Below, in pieces: positions 27,353-36,572 of a stretch of DNA of 63,564 nt. The notes under the pieces are model-generated. The model saw only the letters and a program-made list of their open reading frames with translations. It had not been told where the DNA came from and ran no database searches. Both the position numbers and the translations under genes were made by a program. The DNA is from an uncultured Dehalococcoidales bacterium (GTDB taxonomy: Bacteria; Chloroflexota; Dehalococcoidia; Dehalococcoidales; Fen-1064): assembly GCA_964611805.1 (NCBI GenBank), contig CAZTBG010000001.1:1-63564 (forward strand). The letters run 5' to 3'. Numbering within the stretch: the stretch's first letter is position 1; the number at the start of each line of letters is the position of its first letter.

Positions 27353-28306
27353 ATGGAAATATTTGTCATCATTTTGCTGGCGATAGTAGTCCTCTTTCTA
27401 ATCTGGAATCAGCTCTGGCAGGAAAAAAGGTGGCGTGACCAGAGCGATACTCTTTCGAAAGCCGTCGGGGAGAGGCTCGAAGGGAGCCTGGGGGTCTTCG
27501 GTGAGGTCAACAAGAGCCTGGGCAAGCTGGAAGAAGGCACCAGGCAGATTGAGGCAGTCGGCCGTGACATCGCCAGTCTCCAGGAGGTGCTGCGCGCCCC
27601 CAAGTTCCGTGGTGGCCTCGGGGAGCTAATGCTGGAGCGGTTACTCGACGACATCCTGCCCCATCAGAACTACAAGCTCCAGTACCACTTCCGGAGCGGT
27701 GAGGCGGTCGATGCCGTCATCCAAATTGGCGATAACCTGGTACCAATCGACTCGAAATTCCCTCTTGAGGACTTTCAACGCGTACTGGCGGCTGACTCCG
27801 ACCGCGAACGGGAGTCGCTGCGGCGGCAGTTTACCCGCACGGTGAAGAAGCACATTGACAACGTCACCAAGTACATCCTGCCTGACGAGGGCACCTTTGA
27901 CTTCGCCCTGATGTATATACCCGCCGAGAACGTCTACTACGAGACGATACTGCGTGACGGCGCTGAGGGCAGCGAGGTATATTCCTATGCCCTCCAGAAG
28001 AGGGTAATCCCGGTCTCGCCCAACAGCTTCTATGCCTACCTCCAGGTCATCATCCTTGGTCTCAAAGGGCTGCACATCGAGCACACGGCCGGTGAGATAC
28101 TGCGGCACCTGTCCAGGCTGCAAGGCGAGTTCGAAGGCTTCCAGGAAGACTATGATACCCTGGGAGGCCACATCCGCCATGCCGCTACCAAGTATGACGA
28201 CGCTGGCAGAAAGCTTGCCAGGTTTGAGGACAAGCTGAGGATTGCGGCAGAGACCCCGGTCGAAAAGCTACCGGAGGGCAAAGAAACGGCTGATGATGCC
28301 GATTAA
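27353..28306 (+). CDS. rmuC: DNA recombination protein RmuC
   Basis: 317 aa. N-terminal TM helix, coiled region, VPIDSKFPLEDF and FALMYIPAENVYYE. Confidence 0.85.
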   Translation: MEIFVIILLAIVVLFLIWNQLWQEKRWRDQSDTLSKAVGERLEGSLGVFGEVNKSLGKLEEGTRQIEAVGRDIASLQEVLRAPKFRGGLGELMLERLLDDILPHQNYKLQYHFRSGEAVDAVIQIGDNLVPIDSKFPLEDFQRVLAADSDRERESLRRQFTRTVKKHIDNVTKYILPDEGTFDFALMYIPAENVYYETILRDGAEGSEVYSYALQKRVIPVSPNSFYAYLQVIILGLKGLHIEHTAGEILRHLSRLQGEFEGFQEDYDTLGGHIRHAATKYDDAGRKLARFEDKLRIAAETPVEKLPEGKETADDAD

Positions 28307-28327
28307 GCCTCCACACTCGCCTGCCAG

Positions 28328-28357
28328 TTGACATCCCCAGGGTTGCCAGGCTATACT
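28328..28357 (+). promoter_or_regulatory. candidate sigma70-type promoter for the riboswitch-tupABC-moaA unit
   Basis: TTGACA, 18 nt, TATACT. It lies about 30 nt upstream of the candidate Moco aptamer. Confidence 0.45.
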
Positions 28358-28385
28358 AGTCGTGGTTTATTAATAATTCAATACG

Positions 28386-28484
28386 GATCTCCGAGTTGCT
28401 GTCTCTAAGGGCGCCCGCCTACGAGAGGCAAACGATAGGGTGTGAGGGGAAACCCTCTCGCCTCCCGTGTTTGGAAAGGAGAGC
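28386..28484 (+). promoter_or_regulatory. candidate Moco/W-co (molybdenum/tungsten cofactor) riboswitch aptamer
   Basis: 5' CTCCGAG ... GCCTCCC ... TGGAAAGGAG 3'. CTCC (28389-28392) can pair with GGAG (28478-28481). These blocks match my memory of the Moco RNA motif. The location upstream of tungstate-transport and moaA genes fits. Confidence 0.5.
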
Positions 28485-28650
28485 TGCTATGAATCTAGAA
28501 GTACGTGCGCGCCCTATTATCCACCATTATCTTTCTCCCGCCTGTCGCCGTCTCCACTGCAGCCTGAGTCACCCCACCTGATAGGTCCACTAAAGGCACG
28601 GAGGCGGTAACTTACATTGAAACTACCAAATATAGAAAGGATATTTCGTC

Positions 28651-29553
28651 GTGCATATCAACACTAACCGCATGAAGATAATTATCAGCACTCTAGCCGT
28701 TTTACTGCTGGTACTTGGCTCCCTGGGAGTGTTTACAGCCTGCGAGGAGTCGACGGCGGGCACAGTAGCCCCGAAGAAAGCCGTGCCGAGACTTAAGGTA
28801 GCGACCACCACCAGTCTCTACGATACCGGTCTCTGGGGATATCTGGAGCCTATGTTTGAGGAAGAGTATGGTGTCGGCATGGATATCCTGTACGCCGGTA
28901 CCGGCAAGGCGCTGGAATACGGGCGGAGAGGGGACGTAGACGTTATTACGGTCCATGCCAAAGCCCAAGAGGAGCAGTTCGTTGCCGATGGCTACGGCGT
29001 GGAACGGGTACCCTTTGCCTACAATTATTTCCTTATCGTTGGTCCGCAGGATGACCCGGCCGGCATCAAAGGCCTTACCCCTGAAGCAGCCTTCCAGAAG
29101 CTGATGGAAAACGGAAGTGGCACATTTGTTTCGCGGGGAGACGGTTCCGGGACGCATATCATGGAACAAAATATCTGGGCAGCCGCCGGCTATGATTACG
29201 AGGAGGTAAGGAACGCCGGTACCTGGTATGTCGAGGGTGGTCTGGGCATGGGGCCAACCCTGACGATGGCCAACGAGTTGGAGGCTTATACCCTGTCCGA
29301 CATGGGCACCTATCTCACTTACAAGGGCGATATTGACCTGGTGCCGATTGTAACCGAGGGCGATATACTGCTCAATGTTTATTCTGTGATTGCCGTAAAC
29401 CCGGAAAATGTACCCGTTACCAACTTGGAGATGGCTAACAATCTGATAGCCTTCCTCACCTCAGCGGAGATACAGGAGCTTATGGGTAAATACGGTGTCG
29501 AGGAATACGGGCTGCAGCTGTTCACTCCCTGCGCCGGTAACGAGCCTGAATAG
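28651..29553 (+). CDS. tupA: tungstate ABC transporter substrate-binding lipoprotein TupA
   Basis: Signal peptide plus lipobox LGSLGVFTAC. VATTTSLYDTGLWGYLEP and VSRGDGSGTH are TupA-type anion-binding motifs. GTG start with GAAAGGA RBS, or ATG at 28675. Confidence 0.85.
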   Translation: MHINTNRMKIIISTLAVLLLVLGSLGVFTACEESTAGTVAPKKAVPRLKVATTTSLYDTGLWGYLEPMFEEEYGVGMDILYAGTGKALEYGRRGDVDVITVHAKAQEEQFVADGYGVERVPFAYNYFLIVGPQDDPAGIKGLTPEAAFQKLMENGSGTFVSRGDGSGTHIMEQNIWAAAGYDYEEVRNAGTWYVEGGLGMGPTLTMANELEAYTLSDMGTYLTYKGDIDLVPIVTEGDILLNVYSVIAVNPENVPVTNLEMANNLIAFLTSAEIQELMGKYGVEEYGLQLFTPCAGNEPE

Positions 29554-29600
29554 TTCAAGGCTGAACCTTCAAGCAGAGTATCCCCTCCTGACCGGGGAAA

Positions 29601-29635
29601 GTCCGAAGGGGAATCAGCCCCTTGCCCCTTCGGAC
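29601..29635. repeat. perfect 11-bp-stem hairpin in the tupA-tupB spacer
   Basis: gtccgaagggg-13 nt-ccccttcggac, flanked by tcccctcc segments. It is related in composition to the family-1 repeats. Confidence 0.6.
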
Positions 29636-29667
29636 ATGATTCCCCTCCCTTTATCAAATGGTAAGGG

Positions 29668-30399
29668 GTGACCTTCAGGAAGCAACGATTAAACGATATA
29701 AGGAGCCGAAAGCTGACCGAACTCTGGAACGGTTTCACCAGGGCAATAGAACTGATTATATCCCTTGACCCGGAGGTAATGCAGATAGCCGGGAGGTCGC
29801 TGGGATTTGCGGCGTCTTCCTGTGCCATTGCCACTCTCATCTCTATACCTTTAGGCAGTGTCATTCACTTTAACAGCTTTCATGGCAAGAGGCTGCTCGT
29901 CAACATCATACAGACATTCTACAGCGTGCCAACCGTGGTTGTTGGCCTTTTTGTCTTTGTATTCATTTCCCGGGCGGGTCCGCTCGGTAGCCTGGGACTC
30001 ATTTTCACACCGGCGGCTATCGTTATCGGGCAGGTGCTGCTGGTATTACCGATAATGATGGGGCTCACCATTTCCGCACTGCGCGGTGTGGATGTGACAT
30101 TAACCGATACCGCCATTTCGCTGGGGGCTAACAGGTTCCAAACGGCATCCCTGGTCATCAAAGAAGCCCGTTTTGCCATGCTGGGTGCGGTGATAATGGG
30201 GTTCGGGAGAGCAATATCGGAAGTGGGACTGTCGTTGATGGTGGGGGGTAACATCAGAGGCTTTACCAGAACCCTGACCACGGCGATTTCGCTGGAAACA
30301 TCGAAGGGTGAAATTGAACTATCAATAGCCCTGGGCATAATCCTGTTGTTCATTGCCCTGGTGGTGAATATCGTCCTTAACAGGCTGCAGCAGAGGTGA
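29668..30399 (+). CDS. tupB: tungstate ABC transporter permease TupB
   Basis: 243 aa, five to six TM segments. LIISLDPEVMQIAGRSL and the EAA-loop-like ISLGANRFQTASLVIKEARFA. Confidence 0.85.
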   Translation: MTFRKQRLNDIRSRKLTELWNGFTRAIELIISLDPEVMQIAGRSLGFAASSCAIATLISIPLGSVIHFNSFHGKRLLVNIIQTFYSVPTVVVGLFVFVFISRAGPLGSLGLIFTPAAIVIGQVLLVLPIMMGLTISALRGVDVTLTDTAISLGANRFQTASLVIKEARFAMLGAVIMGFGRAISEVGLSLMVGGNIRGFTRTLTTAISLETSKGEIELSIALGIILLFIALVVNIVLNRLQQR

Positions 30400-31493
30400 A
30401 AGTGTCCGTCAGCGAATCTATTATTGAGACCACAGACCTGGGACAGAGGCTCAACGGGCGGGATATTCTGAGGAACATCAACCTCAGGATAGACCGGGGG
30501 GAGGTCTTTGCCCTTATCGGTCCGACCGGCTCCGGCAAGACGACGCTCCTGCGGGTGCTGGACCTGATTGACTCACCCAGTCAGGGCAAAGTCTACTTTA
30601 ACGGCACCGACGTTACCGAAGCGGCCGGGCAACGACTGGAGGCACGGCGTCGGATGGCCTTTGTCCTCCAGAAGCCGGTGGTGTTCAACGCCAGCGTCTA
30701 TGATAACGTAGCCTATGGCCTGAAGTGGCGCAGGATGAGCCGGGGCGATATCCGTAAGCGGGTTGATGAGGTCCTGGAGATGGTCGGGTTAGTCGATTTC
30801 CGCAAGAGAAATGCACGGATGCTCTCCGGAGGCGAAACACAGAGAGTGGCCATTGCCCGGGCTATCGCGACCGAGCCGGAGGTGCTGTTACTTGATGAAC
30901 CGACCGCCAACCTCGACCCCGTTTCGACAATGAAGATTGAGGAACTGATAACCGACATCATCCAGCGGTACTACACGACAATCGTTATTGCCACCCATGA
31001 CATGGCCCAGGGTCAACGGCTGGCCGGAAGGGTAGGCATGCTGCAAAACGGTGAAATCCTGCAGACGGGGGGCTGGCACGAAGCATTTAACTCCCCGCGT
31101 AACCGGGAGATGGCCAACTTCGTCGGCATCGAGAATATCATCGACGGCGTGGTACTCACCAGTGAGGACAATGTAGTCACCATCGGTACCGACCACAGTG
31201 TTATCGAAGCGGTGTCAGACTGCGCCGTGGGCGATAGAATTCACGCCTGCATCCGGTCGGAGGAGGTGACCTTAGCCCTTGCCCGTCTCACCAGCAGCGC
31301 CAGAAATACATTCACCGGAGAGATTACCCGACTAACCATCACGGGACCGGTCGCCCGTGTCGAAATCGACTGCGGTTTCCGGCTTGTCGCCCTGGTAACC
31401 AGACGTTCCGTCGAAGAAATGCCCCTGGACAAGGGTAGGCAAGTCTACGCGTCTTTCAAAGCAACGGCCGTTCATGTAATAAAGCAGGATTGA
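30396..31493 (+). CDS. tupC: tungstate ABC transporter ATP-binding protein TupC with C-terminal TOBE/Mop-like domain
   Basis: GPTGSGKTT, LSGGETQRVAIARA and LLLDEPT. A roughly 120-aa C-terminal beta domain follows. Overlaps the tupB stop. Confidence 0.85.
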   Translation: MKVSVSESIIETTDLGQRLNGRDILRNINLRIDRGEVFALIGPTGSGKTTLLRVLDLIDSPSQGKVYFNGTDVTEAAGQRLEARRRMAFVLQKPVVFNASVYDNVAYGLKWRRMSRGDIRKRVDEVLEMVGLVDFRKRNARMLSGGETQRVAIARAIATEPEVLLLDEPTANLDPVSTMKIEELITDIIQRYYTTIVIATHDMAQGQRLAGRVGMLQNGEILQTGGWHEAFNSPRNREMANFVGIENIIDGVVLTSEDNVVTIGTDHSVIEAVSDCAVGDRIHACIRSEEVTLALARLTSSARNTFTGEITRLTITGPVARVEIDCGFRLVALVTRRSVEEMPLDKGRQVYASFKATAVHVIKQD

Positions 31494-31548
31494 GATAGCC
31501 GGGGTAAAAGACGGACTGAAGGGTTTGTGATAAGATGGAGATAGAAAA

Positions 31549-32529
31549 ATGACAGACCTGATTGACTCCTTCAGCCGACGCATCAACTACATGCGTATCT
31601 CGGTCACAGACCGCTGCGACCTGCGTTGTATCTACTGCACCGACCGTTTTGACCCTGACTTGAGCCATGATGATATCCTGCGCTATGAGGAGATTCACCG
31701 GATAGTGCAGGCGGCGGCCGGACTGGGCGTGAAGAAGCTACGTCTCACCGGCGGCGAGGCCCTGCTGCGACTGGATTTATACCGGCTTGTCGAGATGCTG
31801 GCCCATACCGACGGCATTGATGAGGTATCGCTGACCACTAACGGGACGCAGCTTGCCCGGCACGCCGATGAGCTCAAGGCAGCAGGGCTCAGCCGGGTCA
31901 ATGTCAGCCTGGACTCCCTGAAACCAGACAGGTTCGAGCGTATCACCGGCAGCAACCGCATCAAGGATGTACTCGAAGGCATAGAGGCGGCCAAGAAAGC
32001 CGGACTCAATCCCGTCAAGATAAACATGGTGGTCCTTAAAGACGTGAACGACGACGAGGTTCTAGACTTTGCCCGAAAGACACTCACTGACGGCTGGCAT
32101 GTCAGGTTCATCGAGCAAATGCCTTTTGTCAACGGAAACGGTGCAGATGGGGTAGTTCCCGTTCGTGATATTATGTCATCTATTGAGCAGTCCCTCGGCA
32201 AGCTCAGCCCTCACCTGCCGACATCCGGTAACGGCCCGGCCAGATACTACAAGCTGCCAGATTCCTCCGGAACGCTGGGTTTCATCGGTGCCGTGACCGA
32301 GTGTTTCTGTGCCGAGTGTAACCGTTTCCGCCTCACCGCCGACGGTCACCTCCGACCGTGTCTCCTCGATGACGACGAGATAGACCTTAAAGAGCCGTTA
32401 CGTCGTGGTGCCGACATCACCGAACTGGAACGCCTGATATTGGAAGCGGCCACCCACAAGCAGCAACAGCACCACCTCGGTGAGAACGGTGTTCCCGAAA
32501 AGCGGCAGATGCGGCAGATTGGCGGCTAG
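31549..32529 (+). CDS. moaA: GTP 3',8-cyclase MoaA (radical SAM)
   Basis: RISVTDRCDLRCIYC, LRLTGGEALLR, C-terminal CFCAECNRFRLTADGHLRPCL and terminal GG. Confidence 0.95.
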   Translation: MTDLIDSFSRRINYMRISVTDRCDLRCIYCTDRFDPDLSHDDILRYEEIHRIVQAAAGLGVKKLRLTGGEALLRLDLYRLVEMLAHTDGIDEVSLTTNGTQLARHADELKAAGLSRVNVSLDSLKPDRFERITGSNRIKDVLEGIEAAKKAGLNPVKINMVVLKDVNDDEVLDFARKTLTDGWHVRFIEQMPFVNGNGADGVVPVRDIMSSIEQSLGKLSPHLPTSGNGPARYYKLPDSSGTLGFIGAVTECFCAECNRFRLTADGHLRPCLLDDDEIDLKEPLRRGADITELERLILEAATHKQQQHHLGENGVPEKRQMRQIGG

Positions 32530-33362
32530 TGACCCATTGACTCAAGCCAGGGTCGGGTCGTTTCCAGGTTCTCCGCAGCAATTCTCGTACGGGCAATGCC
32601 GCCCTTTTCATCACGAAGCCGCTCCCTGTCCCGAAACTCAAGAAAGAGAAACTGGCTCTCGTAATTGGCCTCAATCTCCGTGGTAAATCCCATGGCATCC
32701 TGCATATGGTTGACAGCAAATTTGACCATGCGCAGGCCTGACGGGTTGGTGAAGTAATTATCAGCCACGCGCCCGGCATAGGCCAGCGTTTCCTCTTCGA
32801 GCTTCTCCGGAGGGAAGACCCGATTGACCAGGCCGTACCGACAGGCCTCCCAGGCAGTCATAAAGCGGTGCTCGAATAATATCTCCTTGGTCCGGCGCGG
32901 CCCGATATCCCACGGCACCGAGAAGTACTGCAACAGTGAGGGCAGAAACAGGGCATTCTCCGCGGCAAAGATGATATCCATTGCGGAGGCGAATATTATC
33001 CCACCAAAAATACAATTACCGTGCACCATGGCGATGGTCGGCTTGAGTACATTACGCCACCGCAGGCTGTTCTCCATGCAGGTGGCACGGTTACGCTTAT
33101 AGCGACCGAACGGGGTCGCAGGAAATCCTCTTTCCTCACGTTCAGCCATCTCCTCCGGCGTCCCCAGGTCATGTCCGCTGGAGAAATGCTTGCCCTCCCC
33201 GGACAGGACAATAACACCCACCTCGTCATCCTCGGCTGCCCGGGAAAAGGCGTCGTCCATCTCTTCACGCATCAGCCGACTCTGGGCGTTGTAGTAGCGC
33301 GGTCGGTTGAGTATTATGCGGGCTACCTTACCCGGTTTGTAGATAATATGCTTATATTCCAT
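32526..33362 (-). CDS. enoyl-CoA hydratase/isomerase (crotonase) family protein
   Basis: 278 aa. VARIILNRPRYYNA, VIVLSGEGKHFSSGHDLG and AMVHGNCIFGG. Confidence 0.85.
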   Translation of the reverse strand: MEYKHIIYKPGKVARIILNRPRYYNAQSRLMREEMDDAFSRAAEDDEVGVIVLSGEGKHFSSGHDLGTPEEMAEREERGFPATPFGRYKRNRATCMENSLRWRNVLKPTIAMVHGNCIFGGIIFASAMDIIFAAENALFLPSLLQYFSVPWDIGPRRTKEILFEHRFMTAWEACRYGLVNRVFPPEKLEEETLAYAGRVADNYFTNPSGLRMVKFAVNHMQDAMGFTTEIEANYESQFLFLEFRDRERLRDEKGGIARTRIAAENLETTRPWLESMGH

Positions 33363-33511
33363 GGCAAATACCCCCTTACTTATTCATAGTCGCCGGGATA
33401 TGATAGCAATGTTAAGACCCCACCCAAAGGGTGTCAAGCTTTTTCAATTGGCAAACCGACAATGTTCTGTTAGTATGGGAAATCACTATTCCACTCCCAC
33501 AGGAGGAAGCC

Positions 33512-34042
33512 ATGAAGTGGCAGCAACTCATCACCGACCTTTTCTTACGAATATCACAGGAGCTGGAGACAGTGCTGGAGGGACTGACCGTTGATGACCT
33601 CAATCAACAGCCCCACCCCGACAGCAACAGCATCGGCTGGCTTGCCTGGCATCTGACGCGCAGCCACGACAGAAACATGTCGGAGATTGCGGGGGAAGAA
33701 CAGCTCTGGATAAAAGACGAGTGGTACCATAAATTTAACCGCGCCCCCGACCCCAGCGAGACGGGTGTCCACCACAGCCCGGAAGAGACCGCTGCCTTTC
33801 GCTCGCCAGACAGCGCGACTATCCTGGAATACCACCGGGCGGTCGTCGAGCGTATAAAAAACTACATCGACAGGAGGCTTTCAGAAAGCGAGCTCGAACG
33901 GGAGTCACACAGTCCGACACTTGGTACGACCCGACCGGTTGAGGCGCGTTTGATCGGTGTTATCAACGAAGGCTTTCAGCATGTCGGTCAGGCAGCCTAT
34001 GTACGCGGTTTGCTGAAAGGCAAAGGCTGGTCGGATAGATAG
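33512..34042 (+). CDS. DinB-family (DUF664-like) four-helix-bundle protein
   Basis: ATG at 33512 is preceded by AGGAGGA. SIGWLAWHLTRSHD and GFQHVGQAAYVRGL are DinB-type His motifs. The track start at 33431 is unlikely. Confidence 0.7.
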   Translation: MKWQQLITDLFLRISQELETVLEGLTVDDLNQQPHPDSNSIGWLAWHLTRSHDRNMSEIAGEEQLWIKDEWYHKFNRAPDPSETGVHHSPEETAAFRSPDSATILEYHRAVVERIKNYIDRRLSESELERESHSPTLGTTRPVEARLIGVINEGFQHVGQAAYVRGLLKGKGWSDR

Positions 34043-34049
34043 TCGCCAG

Positions 34050-34499
34050 CTACAGAAACTTTCCTGATTTAAGAGCCGACTGAAACTCCTGAATCTTCTC
34101 TGGGAGACCCTGAAGCTGCCCTGACGAGTCTACAGACAGCCCCCAGCACTTCTGCAGCCCCTCAAGGCATTCCTTGCGCTCGAGGCCGGGCTGCCATTCC
34201 CGGCAGACCTCGGGCCTGATGGGGTGAATGAGGCATGAGAATACCCGGTTGTCTTCGGTCTCAGCCAGAAAAATGCAGGCCCCGTCCTGGGTATCGAGGA
34301 GGTAGTACCCCGGCTCAAACCAGGAGTCGTCTACGTACCTCTCCAGGAATGCTTCAAGGGAGAGCCCTAAAGAGTCAGCGATATGCTCGGCTTCCGCAGC
34401 AGTCACCCTCGGCGAATACTTCATGCAGCAGACCCCGCAGCGAAAACAGGGTATCTCCATTCTTTCCGGCGCATCTTCATCAGTGCAGGGTTCTTCCAT
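34050..34499 (-). CDS. YkgJ-family zinc/iron-chelating Cys-cluster protein
   Basis: CFRCGVCC..C..C pattern (CxxCxxCC family). The start is uncertain (34499 or 34550). The 5' part of the track ORF runs through a family-2 repeat. Confidence 0.65.
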   Translation of the reverse strand: MEEPCTDEDAPERMEIPCFRCGVCCMKYSPRVTAAEAEHIADSLGLSLEAFLERYVDDSWFEPGYYLLDTQDGACIFLAETEDNRVFSCLIHPIRPEVCREWQPGLERKECLEGLQKCWGLSVDSSGQLQGLPEKIQEFQSALKSGKFL

Positions 34500-34545
34500 G
34501 CCACCATTATAGCCAAAAAGGTACCATTTGGCATTAGTCGTAGAC

Positions 34546-34625
34546 GTCATTGCGCGGGGACTAAAGCCCCCGCGGCAATCGCATTTCTCCACCTGACGAG
34601 AATGCTTCGTTTCACTCGCAATGAC
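34546..34625. repeat. family-2 palindromic repeat (GTCATTGCG ... CGCAATGAC arms)
   Basis: gtcattgcg-cggggactaaagcccccg-cggcaatcgc ... atgcttcgtttcactcgcaatgac. It has terminal inverted arms and an inner hairpin. Confidence 0.65.
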
Positions 34626-34732
34626 ATGACAATCAAATAGAATCATTAGAAGCGGTGGGTGACGCTTCCGCTGTGATTTGATATACTTGCCCTATATAAG
34701 TCCCCGCAGCCAGCTGCGTGAGGAGGCAGACG

Positions 34733-35212
34733 ATGACCGAGCTCAGTCATGTTAACTCAGACGGGGAAGCCCGGATGGTTGATGTCAGCCAGAAGGCGGA
34801 TACCATGCGTGAAGCCATTGCCAGAGGCAAAGTGCTCATGAAGCCGGAGACCCTGAAGCTGGTCAAGGCCAACGAGATAAAGAAGGGTGATGTCCTTGCC
34901 GTGGCGCGGGTGGCCGGCATCACCGCCGCCAAGAGAACACCCGACCTGATACCGCTCTGCCATACGCTCCTGCTTGATAATGTCAGCGTCGACTTTGACC
35001 TTTCCGGTGACGACTGCATAGAAATTACCGCCCGGGCGAAGAGTACCGGCAAGACCGGCGTGGAGATGGAGGCACTGGTGGCTGCCTCAGTCAGTGCCCT
35101 GACCATCTATGATATGTGCAAGGCGGTCGACAGAGGGATGACGCTCAACGAGATATACCTGGAGAGCAAGACCGGCGGTAAGAGTGGCACGTACCGCCGG
35201 AAAGAGCGTTAG
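34733..35212 (+). CDS. moaC: cyclic pyranopterin monophosphate synthase MoaC
   Basis: ATG at 34733 after [16 protein letters not shown] and [29 protein letters not shown]. Confidence 0.95.
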   Translation: MTELSHVNSDGEARMVDVSQKADTMREAIARGKVLMKPETLKLVKANEIKKGDVLAVARVAGITAAKRTPDLIPLCHTLLLDNVSVDFDLSGDDCIEITARAKSTGKTGVEMEALVAASVSALTIYDMCKAVDRGMTLNEIYLESKTGGKSGTYRRKER

Positions 35213-35215
35213 GCC

Positions 35216-35695
35216 GTGTCAATAGAGATAGTAGAGGCAAAGGACTCCAACGTCCCCGATATGGTAGAACTCTGGAGAGAGTTCATGGACCACCACAAGG
35301 ACATCGACCCACGGTTCCCTATGCGAGAGGATGCTCACGTCAGCTTTGAGCAGCACCTCAGAGAACTAATGAGAGCAGAGAACACACTCATCCTGGTCGC
35401 CCTGGACGAGAGTCGGGCGGTTGGTTTCTCAATTTCGCAGGCGAATGAGTACCCTCCGATATGGGTAGAGCGCGAGAAGTACGGATTTATCGATACTATG
35501 GCAATCACAGCTGACCACCGCAGGCAGGGTATCGGAGAGCAGATGCTGGACAGGATGTTCGAGTGGTTCGCCTTACATGGCATAGATAGAATCGAGCTAA
35601 CCGTGGCCGCCAGAAATCAGGTAGGCTACTCCTTCTGGAGGAAACACGACTTCCACGACTTTGCACACCGATTGTACATGCAGAGGGGACGATAG
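35216..35695 (+). CDS. GNAT family N-acetyltransferase
   Basis: 159 aa. AITADHRRQGIGEQML and the following helix are the acetyl-CoA binding motif A. Confidence 0.8.
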   Translation: MSIEIVEAKDSNVPDMVELWREFMDHHKDIDPRFPMREDAHVSFEQHLRELMRAENTLILVALDESRAVGFSISQANEYPPIWVEREKYGFIDTMAITADHRRQGIGEQMLDRMFEWFALHGIDRIELTVAARNQVGYSFWRKHDFHDFAHRLYMQRGR

Positions 35696-35697
35696 CT

Positions 35698-36201
35698 CTA
35701 CCGTGTTGCTTCCCTGACCAAGTGCCCTATCTCTGGCAGAATAATTTTATCCATGGCCAGGGTAGCCGCGTTAAGCGAGCCGGGGAAGCATAGAATAACC
35801 TTACCGCTGATGATTCCACCCACCGTCCGGCTGAGAATGCTGCCGGTACCTATCTCCTGATAGCTCAGGTAGCGGAAAAGCTCCCCGAAGCCTTCGAGGC
35901 GCTTCTCCAGCATCGGTTCGATGGTGTCCACGGTGACATCACGGTGACTCGCCCCGGTGCCGCCGCTGGTGATAATGACCTGAAGCCCCTCATGCCCCAC
36001 GAGTTCCTCTATCTTCGCCCGGATAGCGTCACCATCGTTCTTCAGGATGCAATAATAGAGCACGTGGTGCCCGTGAGCGGTCAGCCGCTGCTTGATGAGC
36101 TTGCCCGATTCGTCGTCCTGCTCGGTGCGGCTGTCGGAGACGATGATAACAGCGCAGTTAACGCTCTTTAGTGCAGCATGTTTATGTTCGTGATAGCCCA
36201 T
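35698..36201 (-). CDS. moaB: molybdenum cofactor biosynthesis protein B (MoaB/MogA family)
   Basis: AVIIVSDSR and VIITSGGTGASHRDVTVD. The start is chosen at MGYHEHK (36201). The track extends to 36249. Confidence 0.85.
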   Translation of the reverse strand: MGYHEHKHAALKSVNCAVIIVSDSRTEQDDESGKLIKQRLTAHGHHVLYYCILKNDGDAIRAKIEELVGHEGLQVIITSGGTGASHRDVTVDTIEPMLEKRLEGFGELFRYLSYQEIGTGSILSRTVGGIISGKVILCFPGSLNAATLAMDKIILPEIGHLVREATR

Positions 36202-36268
36202 GTCCCTATAATCCTTCCCGGTCTTTCTTGATGGCGATAGTGACCTCACACCTTGTTTGGTAGCGTAG

Positions 36269-36350
36269 GCCCCATCCCCTTAATCCCCTTCCCCAGAGGG
36301 GAAGGGGAAGATTTAGTAAGAGGGGCTGCGCCCCTCTTTAACTCTCCTCC
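36269..36350. repeat. family-1 double-hairpin repeat
   Basis: ggccccatccccttaatccccttcccc-agag-gggaagggg followed by aagaggggc-tgcg-cccctctt, then aactctcc. Confidence 0.8.
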
Positions 36351-36489
36351 AAATTATTCCGAGACGGCGCTTACCTCACAATCCTTCGTGACAGTGTTTA
36401 ACAACAGCGTCGCTTCTGACCTCTCCTCTCTGTGTCAACTGCTGTGGTTACAACCCCTTATCCCCTCTTGTGGAGTCCGGAGTGGTTGA

Positions 36490-36565
36490 ATCCCTCTCAA
36501 TCTCCCTTTAACAAAGGGAGAGGCTTCGTGTTCCCCCTTTAAAAAGGGGAACCAAGGGGATTTCA
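36490..36565. repeat. family-1b double-hairpin repeat
   Basis: atccctctcaatctcccttt-aaca-aagggaga...ttcccccttt-aaaa-aggggaaccaaggggattt. Matches 24306-24384. Confidence 0.8.
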
Positions 36566-36572
36566 CAAGGCC

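Noticed and set aside
28396-28581. 61-aa ORF in the tupA leader.
   Set aside because: It lies inside the candidate Moco riboswitch and expression platform. It has no RBS and an Arg/Cys/Pro-rich composition typical of GC-rich non-coding translation.
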